IMG/VR virus record: IMGVR_UViG_3300020161_001520
Location: 1 to 44,889 of that record
Length of the DNA: 44,889 bases
DNA from: a virus
Lineage: Duplodnaviria > Caudoviricetes
Strand: one strand, 5' to 3'
The position numbers and the translations under genes are program-made. The notes beneath the pieces are model-generated. The model did no database searches. It was not told the origin of the DNA and saw only the letters and a program-made list of their open reading frames with translations. Positions 36,690 through 43,630 of the stretch are shown here, piece by piece. How positions within the stretch are numbered: position 1 is the first letter of the stretch; every line of letters begins with the position of its first letter.

Positions 36690-37133
36690 TTTGCCTCCAT
36701 GTTTGTTTGCGGATTGGTTTGTGTAGTTACTAATTAGATAACTACACACCACCGCAATCTGTAAGTTGGTGATACAGATTGCGATAGTGCGTATTTATTA
36801 ACGCAAGGTAATTTCTTTAGAAGTAATTGATAGCAATTAACTTAAAGTAACAATTACTTATTCGTTTTAGAAGTTGTCGCACACAAGCGAACAGAGATAC
36901 GAATAAGTAAGAGATAACTAACTTGAAGTTAATTTACAATTACATAACGAGTGAGTGTCGTTCCACTTAGCGATTGCACCGTTCATGGTGAAGTAATTAT
37001 TTAGAAGCAAGTAATTTTTTTAATTATTTATTTTGTAATCGCAACACACAATGTCGCTGGTATAAATAAAAATAAAAATTACTTTTTACTTTTGCTTACC
37101 GAGTCCTATCGCTAGGAGGGGCAACCGCTTATG
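36690..37133 (-). ncRNA. candidate large structured leader RNA / ncRNA
   Basis: No ORF. Nested inverted repeats form two long arms plus three hairpins, starting at the predicted TSS (see findings). Confidence 0.55.
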
Positions 37134-37138
37134 GGATA

Positions 37139-37167
37139 AGTATGACCTAACCTGAGGTTAATTCCAA
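37139..37167 (-). promoter_or_regulatory. leftward sigma70/HrdB-type promoter with a palindrome in the spacer
   Basis: Minus strand TTGGAA-N17-CATACT; the spacer contains TAACC-TCA-GGTTA (37148-37160). Confidence 0.55.
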
Positions 37168-38088
37168 ATCGGGTCAAAGTGAGCGTGTTTTGAGCGTGAG
37201 TTCGTGTCGGAATAGGGGCGATACACCTAGTCGCACCGCCAAGATTGCTAGTGACGGGATAGAGATAAATAAATGCGTTAAAGAAGTTATGAAAGTTATT
37301 TAGTAGTTAAAAGAAAGTTATTTAAGTTATTTATTTGTAGTGCGAAGATGCGTAAAAATAGTTTGCGAATTACTTAACACTTTTAACACGAAGCCTGAAG
37401 TGGTGAGAATAAGAAGTAATACATAAGTTCTTTAGAACATCACTTACACACTCACTTACTTATAGTAGTTTGCTAATAAATAACTGGTTGGGGTTTAAGG
37501 GGCGAAGCCCCTTCAATAAGAATAAATAGTGGTGTTTATTAACTATTAAGTAAGAGATAGATACATAGATAGATAGAGATACATACTGTTGCTACTTGTA
37601 TTTAGTAATTGTTTTAATAGATAAATAGTTAGTGATAGATACTGTTAATTAACATGAAGTAAGTGCATAGAAGTATCTGATAACAACAAAGTAAAGTGGC
37701 TGTTTGGCTGGTCGTATCAATGCAAGCCAATGTGATTGAAATACAGTAGCCAAACACACGCTATCAACAACGCTATCAATAGTTATTTTATTTATTTATT
37801 TGTGCGTAGATAGAACAACAACAACAAGTTTCATAGACAAGTGGCGAGTGTAATCATGTGTATTTATGCGTGACCCCCCCACCATTAAGCGAAGTTTCGC
37901 AAACCTATCGCCAGGGGACAGCCATGATTGAGGTGTATCTATCTAGGCAGTAGCCAAAGGTCAGGGTGGTCAGGGTGGCTAAATAGCAGGGCTACCAACG
38001 AGTCAGCGTAGCCAGAGCAAGCATCGGACCCATAAGACCACAGAGGTTAATAGGCAGTCCGCAACCATTTTCACGTAGACTTGCTTAT

Positions 38089-38280
38089 ATGAGAAGACTC
38101 CTAGACGGCACCGAAGTAGCCGAACTTGCGGAGCCTGTACTGTTAGTGATTAAGACCAAGTGTCCAGCCAAGTGGCACATCATTGATGAGCAGACAGGTC
38201 AATGCTACATGCCCTATGAGGACCTTGATGCAGGTAAGCATCAGTGGAAGCCATGTGAGGGTCACAAGAAGGTTTACTAG
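38089..38280 (+). CDS. hypothetical protein (leaderless)
   Basis: TAGACT-N7-ATG. Confidence 0.7.
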   Translation: MRRLLDGTEVAELAEPVLLVIKTKCPAKWHIIDEQTGQCYMPYEDLDAGKHQWKPCEGHKKVY

Positions 38281-38308
38281 GCAGTAGCCCATCTGCTACT
38301 CTAGACCT

Positions 38309-38446
38309 ATGTACGCATTTGGATTAGAACTACGAAGAGACCGTTGTGAGAGGTCTGTAGTCACTGTGTCTTGTGCTCGTTGCGGTCGAGAGTACCAACT
38401 AGCATCAAAGAATGTACGAGTTCTTAACTACTGCTCAACCTGCTAG
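38309..38446 (+). CDS. 45-aa Zn-finger protein (absent from the ORF track)
   Basis: MYAFGLELRRDRCERSVVTVSCARCGREYQLASKNVRVLNYCSTC*; TGC-TACTCT-N6-ATG. Confidence 0.6.
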   Translation: MYAFGLELRRDRCERSVVTVSCARCGREYQLASKNVRVLNYCSTC

Positions 38447-38524
38447 AGTAGCCCTGCAGCGTGGAGCCACATGGTGAGCGAACCGTCTGCCTTCCTTGGT
38501 TCACGAAGTCAAACTTAACAACAG

Positions 38525-38562
38525 ATAGCCCACGTCGTGCACATAGTGGGCTATTTGGCTTT
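38525..38562 (+). terminator. intrinsic terminator
   Basis: ATAGCCCAC / GTGGGCTAT followed by TTGGCTTT. Confidence 0.55.
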
Positions 38563-38607
38563 CTGGACCTATTGTGGTCGGGCGATTCGAGGTGTACGCT
38601 TTCTCTT

Positions 38608-38682
38608 ATGAGTTGGATACAAGCAGCAGTCATCTTCGTTCCTATTATCGTTGCATCACTTTTATTCTTTTGGGATGAGTAA
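38608..38682 (+). CDS. 24-aa transmembrane peptide
   Basis: MSWIQAAVIFVPIIVASLLFFWDE*; TACGCT-N7-ATG; TAATG coupling to the next gene. Confidence 0.5.
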   Translation: MSWIQAAVIFVPIIVASLLFFWDE

Positions 38683-38834
38683 TGGCAAATCAATATATGA
38701 AGAACGATGTAGGAAATAGCAAGGGTAAAGCCTATTGCAGCACTTGTGGTGAGTGGGCATACGATTGCAAGACCATCATCGTATTTGGAACTCCTGAAAG
38801 AGTCTGTGGTGAGTGTCGTAGTAGCGATAGTTAA
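38682..38834 (+). CDS. 50-aa Zn-finger protein (absent from the ORF track)
   Basis: MANQYMKNDVGNSKGKAYCSTCGEWAYDCKTIIVFGTPERVCGECRSSDS*. Confidence 0.6.
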   Translation: MANQYMKNDVGNSKGKAYCSTCGEWAYDCKTIIVFGTPERVCGECRSSDS

Positions 38835-38967
38835 CGCTTACTGCGTTCAATGCAAGGAGAGCAAAGAATCTCCTCTATTAGAAATTAAATCCACCGATAG
38901 TGGTCGTACTGTCCACATAGGTGTATGTCCTCAATGTAACTCTGAGATAAGAAGGATAATGAGATAA
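38746..38967 (+). CDS. DUF5679-like Zn ribbon protein (true start probably further downstream)
   Basis: AYCVQCKE...T..GR....G.CP.C...I.RI. Confidence 0.6.
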   Translation: MVSGHTIARPSSYLELLKESVVSVVVAIVNAYCVQCKESKESPLLEIKSTDSGRTVHIGVCPQCNSEIRRIMR

Positions 38968-39171
38968 ATGCCTCTAGGACCAAAGATGGCCTTTGCTGCC
39001 AGTCAACACCAACAACAGATGACCGCCACAAAAAAGAAATCCCAATGGGACCACCCAACCAAACCTAAGTCCAAAGGATTCATTGAAGCGTATGAGCAAT
39101 CACTGATGAAGAAGCCCAAAGAAGACCTAGCGGCAATCCTGAAGCAGGAAGAAGAACTCTGGAACTCGTGA
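38968..39171 (+). CDS. hypothetical protein
   Basis: Abuts the previous stop. Confidence 0.6.
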   Translation: MPLGPKMAFAASQHQQQMTATKKKSQWDHPTKPKSKGFIEAYEQSLMKKPKEDLAAILKQEEELWNS

Positions 39172-39269
39172 CTGACCAATTCACCTGTTCTTGTGGAAAG
39201 AAGTATTCCTTCGCTCATTTAGTGGCTTATTGCAAAGCAAGACATAAATCCGTCGGCGGTGCACAATAA
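39168..39269 (+). CDS. 33-aa Zn-finger-like peptide (absent from the ORF track)
   Basis: GTGA overlap; MTDQFTCSCGKKYSFAHLVAYCKARHKSVGGAQ*. Confidence 0.45.
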   Translation: MTDQFTCSCGKKYSFAHLVAYCKARHKSVGGAQ

Positions 39270-39486
39270 GCAGGTGCAGGGTTCTCGTTATGAGGCGTGG
39301 AAGTGCAAAGTGTGTCAAAAGCACTATGTGGTTCCAGACCTAGCACGTGGGTGCGAAATCAAGCATCACGATAAGGCGAAGGAAAGATTAATGTCGAAAT
39401 GCATTAAATGCGACCACGAGTTGTACGACAGCACTTGCTGTTTTGATGACAACTGCAAATGTGTTTGCAAACGCACAGACCCCTAA
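39259..39486 (+). CDS. Cys-rich small protein
   Basis: CKVC..C...H followed by CIKC..CC....CKCVC. Confidence 0.55.
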   Translation: MHNKQVQGSRYEAWKCKVCQKHYVVPDLARGCEIKHHDKAKERLMSKCIKCDHELYDSTCCFDDNCKCVCKRTDP

Positions 39487-39504
39487 ATAATCTATTATTA
39501 AGTC

Positions 39505-39552
39505 GTCAGCCCCTAAGTGGCTGGGGCCCTGAGCATTGGCGTAAAACTGCTC
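39505..39552 (+). ncRNA. candidate small RNA: hairpin plus H-type pseudoknot
   Basis: TATTAT-N6-G start; UCAGCC/GGCUGG stem; GCC/GGC and GAGCA/UGCUC interleaved. Confidence 0.45.
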
Positions 39553-39702
39553 CTTATCTCTGATAAGGTAAAGAAATGATTATTTCCCGAATAAAAGCGA
39601 TTTTTTGCAAACATAGGGATACAGTAAAGGCATCTTGTCCTTACACCCTTAGGACTTATGAAACATGTATTCAATGCGGTGCACAGAAAGTAGTAGCAAT
39701 TA

Positions 39703-40494
39703 ATGTTTAAAAAACTTGGACGAAAGACCATTACCGCTCAACCAAGAGACGGTATTGATACTCGTGTCTTTGAATTTCCAAAACCAGGTGAAGAAAAAGT
39801 TCCGCTCTGGTTTTCAACTCTTCCAGAGTTCTACGGCGACCACAGAAAACTTCGCCCCGATAATTCGACTATTAAAACATCTATACCACTGCAGGATGCT
39901 TTTACAACTGGGTTTATATTTGTAACCCCTTACGACATGGAAATTAGCAATCCAGAGATAACTCTTCCAAAAGGTATGTTAAACGACCCTAACCTTAAAG
40001 TTGAGAAAGTGCATTCAATTGCTCACACTTATGGAGGTCCCCCAATTGCTAACAAACTGCTTACAGACTTCTCACACACTGCTCCAGCACCTGAGGGTTA
40101 CACAAAAGCAGAATGGCAATGGAATACTGGGTTTGATTTAGCAACTCCAGAGGGCTACAGTTTTATTTACACCCACCCACTCAATCGTTATGAGTTACCC
40201 TTCATTACTTCTTCTGGCATTTTTGATGGAGATAAGTTTGGAAAGATGGAAGGAATACATTTCTTTATAAGAGAAAACTGGTACGGGATAATTCCTAAAG
40301 GAACCCCTTACATGCAAGTTATTCCGTTTAAACGAGAAGACTGGGTCTTAGAGCCTATTCCTAAAGACGAGAATAAATATAAGGCTGCTGAACATTTGGT
40401 AAGTACCACGTGGTACAAGGACACCGCTTGGTCTCCTAAATCATTTACATCAAAGGAAAACTATGAGAGCCCGTTTAAAAACAAAAACAATTGA
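39703..40494 (+). CDS. dUTPase-fold (DUF6065-like) protein, paralog 3
   Basis: Same motifs; the conserved Cys is replaced by Ser (TIKTSIP). Confidence 0.7.
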   Translation: MFKKLGRKTITAQPRDGIDTRVFEFPKPGEEKVPLWFSTLPEFYGDHRKLRPDNSTIKTSIPLQDAFTTGFIFVTPYDMEISNPEITLPKGMLNDPNLKVEKVHSIAHTYGGPPIANKLLTDFSHTAPAPEGYTKAEWQWNTGFDLATPEGYSFIYTHPLNRYELPFITSSGIFDGDKFGKMEGIHFFIRENWYGIIPKGTPYMQVIPFKREDWVLEPIPKDENKYKAAEHLVSTTWYKDTAWSPKSFTSKENYESPFKNKNN

Positions 40495-41179
40495 GTTTAG
40501 ACTTCGTGAGGATATGGACCCAACCGTATTTGGGTTTCCACGTCCTGGAGGAACTGTTGTTCCTAAGTGGTACAAAGACATGCCTATGTACACAAACGGC
40601 GATACAAAGGCAAACTTACACCCAGGCAACGCAAGTCCTAAAGCATGTGTTCCTGTTTTAGACTCAATTACTTCTGGGTATTACTATGTGACTCCTTATG
40701 ACATTGAAGTTGCAATTGACCCTGCACATGTAAAACCACGTATTGACTGGAACTTTCCAGGAACAGGGTTTGTATCAAGTCGTAATGAAGACTTGGGCGG
40801 AATGATGCCAACTCCTGAGGGCTATCACCCAGGGTTTTTTGTATGGAGTACTCCATACCAAATTATTACTCCAAAAGGTTACTCAGTACTAGTAACACAC
40901 CCACTTAATAATTTTGATGTCCCATTCATTACTGCATCTGGAATTATGGATTCCGATGGTTATGGACATTCTGGTGCTTTGCCTTTTTACTTAAAGAAAG
41001 GTTTTGAAGGAATAATTCCAGCGGGAACTCCTTATGCACAAGTAATTCCAATTAAGCGTGAGGATTGGAAATCTCACAACTCTGAACTTCCAGAAGATAT
41101 GCGACTGTCTGGGTATCCTCGTGCATTTACACGGGGCTGGTACCGTGACAACATTTGGATTAAAAAGAGTTACAAGTAG
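40463..41179 (+). CDS. dUTPase-fold (DUF6065-like) protein, paralog 4
   Basis: Same motifs; AAGGA RBS; tandem with paralog 3. Confidence 0.7.
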   Translation: MRARLKTKTIEFRLREDMDPTVFGFPRPGGTVVPKWYKDMPMYTNGDTKANLHPGNASPKACVPVLDSITSGYYYVTPYDIEVAIDPAHVKPRIDWNFPGTGFVSSRNEDLGGMMPTPEGYHPGFFVWSTPYQIITPKGYSVLVTHPLNNFDVPFITASGIMDSDGYGHSGALPFYLKKGFEGIIPAGTPYAQVIPIKREDWKSHNSELPEDMRLSGYPRAFTRGWYRDNIWIKKSYK

Positions 41180-41184
41180 GCCAG

Positions 41185-41255
41185 TCTCCATTCGTCCAAC
41201 GGCAGGACTCTGGTTTTTGGCACCAGCAATCGTGGTTCGAATCCACGGTGGAGAG
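41185..41255 (+). tRNA. tRNA-Gln (anticodon UUG), CCA not encoded
   Basis: Acceptor TCTCCAT/GTGGAGA (U1-A72, discriminator G); anticodon arm CTGGT-TTTTGGC-ACCAG; T-arm CGTGG-TTCGAAT-CCACG. Confidence 0.93.
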
Positions 41256-41258
41256 CGT

Positions 41259-41459
41259 TTAGAGTAAGGCTTCTCCTGTTGGGTCATCTACTGGGCATGG
41301 AACAGTTACCTCTGCCCCGCACTCAGCACACTCACCATCAACACCCCATAAGGCTATGTTGTAGTCTTCAAAAACAGCGTAAATCTTAAATAAGCGTGAA
41401 TGGCATACGGGACACTCGTGGGTAGGAATACCTCGAAAATTGATGTCTTTGAGAGCCAT
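41259..41459 (-). CDS. small Zn-ribbon protein (leaderless)
   Basis: RGIPTHECPVC...CAECG....PCP.D; TATGAT-N6-ATG at 41459. Confidence 0.75.
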   Translation of the reverse strand: MALKDINFRGIPTHECPVCHSRLFKIYAVFEDYNIALWGVDGECAECGAEVTVPCPVDDPTGEALL

Positions 41460-41511
41460 AGCCAAATCATAGTGTAAGGTTATAGATAACTTCGCAAATT
41501 AAGGAGACTCC

Positions 41512-41784
41512 GTGAAGATAACAAAAACGTTTGATGCAAGCATTGTGCTTAACTCAGAAAAGGGTGGCGGTTGGCTTGCTAAGTGGCACATTCATGATGG
41601 AGACAAAGTTGCTATTACAACTTACTCTGCATGGAAAAACGCCTCTGCTGCAAAGCGTTGGTTAAAGGCTGAAGTACAGGCCAATACCCCTCGTAAAAGC
41701 GTAAAGATGGAACCAATCAAACTTAATGAATTGCAAAAACCAGTTCATTTTGCAGGTTCTTTGACCTTTAAGGGTGAAAAGTAA
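41512..41784 (+). CDS. hypothetical protein
   Basis: AAGGAG RBS with GTG start. Confidence 0.7.
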   Translation: MKITKTFDASIVLNSEKGGGWLAKWHIHDGDKVAITTYSAWKNASAAKRWLKAEVQANTPRKSVKMEPIKLNELQKPVHFAGSLTFKGEK

Positions 41785-41798
41785 GCACTTTTTAAATA

Positions 41799-41832
41799 GG
41801 AGGGTCAAGGGTAAACTTATCCTTGACCCTCC
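41799..41832 (+). terminator. 12-bp hairpin
   Basis: GGAGGGTCAAGG / CCTTGACCCTCC followed by ACTTATTT. Confidence 0.6.
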
Positions 41833-41851
41833 ACTTATTTAAGGGATTCCA

Positions 41852-42394
41852 ATGACCACGATTGTTGCTGTTCAGCATGATGAAAAATGCGTTATCTACT
41901 GTGACAACCAAACTACTGGTTCAGACGGTAGAAAATTTAACCACTCTAAAATGGTTAAAATTTCAAAACGTGGAGATTTTTTAATTGCAGGTTCTGGTGA
42001 AGCAATGCCTTGCGATGTTGCACAACATATCTGGCTGCCACCAACACCTACAGAAAAAGACTTAAAAGACGTATATCACTTTATGATTTCTAAAGCGGTG
42101 CCCTCTCTTCGTAAGTGTTTAATTGATAACGGATTTAACTTTGATGCGGAGTCTGATGGTGAGACCCGTTTTGATTTCATCGTTGCTGTTGCAGGGCACC
42201 TCTTCAGCGTTGCAGACGACCTCTCAGTGGGTATGAGAGACGACGGCATATACGGAGTAGGGTCTGGCTCTAAATACGCCATAGGAGCAATTATGGCGGG
42301 TGCTACACCTATGGAGTCATTGAAAATTGCAGCATCACAAGATGCATACACCTCTGGACCTTTTATGAAGAAAGAGCAGTACAAATACGAATAA
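41852..42394 (+). CDS. HslV/proteasome-beta-like Ntn threonine peptidase
   Basis: MTTIVAV N-terminus (Thr nucleophile), D.Q.T, KI, AGSG, GVGSGS.YA.GA, D.YT.GP. Confidence 0.85.
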   Translation: MTTIVAVQHDEKCVIYCDNQTTGSDGRKFNHSKMVKISKRGDFLIAGSGEAMPCDVAQHIWLPPTPTEKDLKDVYHFMISKAVPSLRKCLIDNGFNFDAESDGETRFDFIVAVAGHLFSVADDLSVGMRDDGIYGVGSGSKYAIGAIMAGATPMESLKIAASQDAYTSGPFMKKEQYKYE

Positions 42395-42435
42395 GCCCTT
42401 TACAATTCCTAGGTATACGGAATATGGGAGTCTTT

Positions 42436-42675
42436 ATGAAAAAAGTCAAAGCAGGTGCAACAGCACTATCTGCTGTTTTATTAGCCCTAGTTCTTACCTC
42501 ATGCAGTAACCCAGAGGCTTTGAATAGATACCGTTATCCATGCCAAGACCCTGTAAACTGGGAAAAAGCAGAATGTAACCCACCTGTTTGTGAAGCAAGT
42601 GGGCTTTGTACAAAAGACCTACTAGGTAAAACAACAGACGGAACAACCGTAGAAAGCGGCACACCAAATGAGTAA
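42436..42675 (+). CDS. lipoprotein
   Basis: Signal peptide with LTSC lipobox; RYPCQDP.NW...C.PP.C...G.C. Confidence 0.7.
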   Translation: MKKVKAGATALSAVLLALVLTSCSNPEALNRYRYPCQDPVNWEKAECNPPVCEASGLCTKDLLGKTTDGTTVESGTPNE

Positions 42676-43078
42676 AGAAAAGTTAACACCACAAGATTTA
42701 GATGCACGTTTAAAGTTTATTCTAGGAATTACATTAGGAACAATTCTGCTATGTACATCACTAGGCATTCTTTACGGCCTTTTATTTGTGACACAGCCTA
42801 TTGGAGCACAGTCAGAGAATGACAAGATGTTCTTTAACGTATTGGGAAGCATTGCAACATTTATTACAGGAACTCTGGCTGGTATTTTAATTGGTCAATC
42901 TGGTGCTAAAGACATCATGGCAGCACAGTTGTCCAACAAAGAGATGGATGCTAAAAATACTCAAGCCGATAAAAAATTAGAAGCCGAGATTGATGCTACA
43001 GCAGCACGTCTTGCAGCAAAGCCATCTGGTGCAATGCCATCAGAGCAACCTGTTGATACAGATTGGGATAAAGACTAA
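42668..43078 (+). CDS. holin-like two-TM protein
   Basis: Two hydrophobic helices; immediately upstream of the lysin. Confidence 0.6.
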   Translation: MSKEKLTPQDLDARLKFILGITLGTILLCTSLGILYGLLFVTQPIGAQSENDKMFFNVLGSIATFITGTLAGILIGQSGAKDIMAAQLSNKEMDAKNTQADKKLEAEIDATAARLAAKPSGAMPSEQPVDTDWDKD

Positions 43079-43629
43079 TGGCAGACCAAGGAACAGCAGC
43101 ACGTTTTATTGAAGTTGCTACAGCAGAGTTAGGCACTATTGAAGGTCCTAAAGACAACGAAACCAAATACGGTGCTTTCATGAAAGCAAACTTCCAACCA
43201 TGGTGCGGAAGTTTCGTCAACTGGTGTGCGTCAGAAAGTGGCGTAAAAATCCCTAACACTGTTTACACTCCAGGTGGTGCACAGGCTTTTAAGAAGGCTG
43301 GTGCATGGATTGATGGAGATGTTGCAGACCCAGAACCAGGAGATGTCGTTTATTTTGATTTCCCCTCAGATGGTGTCGATAGGATTTCGCACGTTGGTAT
43401 TGTTGTAAAAGACAATGAAGACGGCACTGTTTGGTGTATAGAAGGCAACACATCTTCAAAGAAGTCTGGAAGCCAACGAAATGGCGGAGAAGTGTGCAAG
43501 CAACTTCGTGCTTTCAAAAAGAACAAGGCTGGAGTAATGATTTCTATTGTTGGATTTGGTCGACCTAAGTTTGGCAAAGCACCAGCAAAGAAAAATTCTG
43601 CTGATAAGTGCCCTACTTGCGGTAAGTAA
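43078..43629 (+). CDS. CHAP-domain endolysin
   Basis: PWCGSFVNW, PGDVVYF, SHVGIV, IEGNT. Confidence 0.9.
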   Translation: MADQGTAARFIEVATAELGTIEGPKDNETKYGAFMKANFQPWCGSFVNWCASESGVKIPNTVYTPGGAQAFKKAGAWIDGDVADPEPGDVVYFDFPSDGVDRISHVGIVVKDNEDGTVWCIEGNTSSKKSGSQRNGGEVCKQLRAFKKNKAGVMISIVGFGRPKFGKAPAKKNSADKCPTCGK

Positions 43630-43630
43630 T

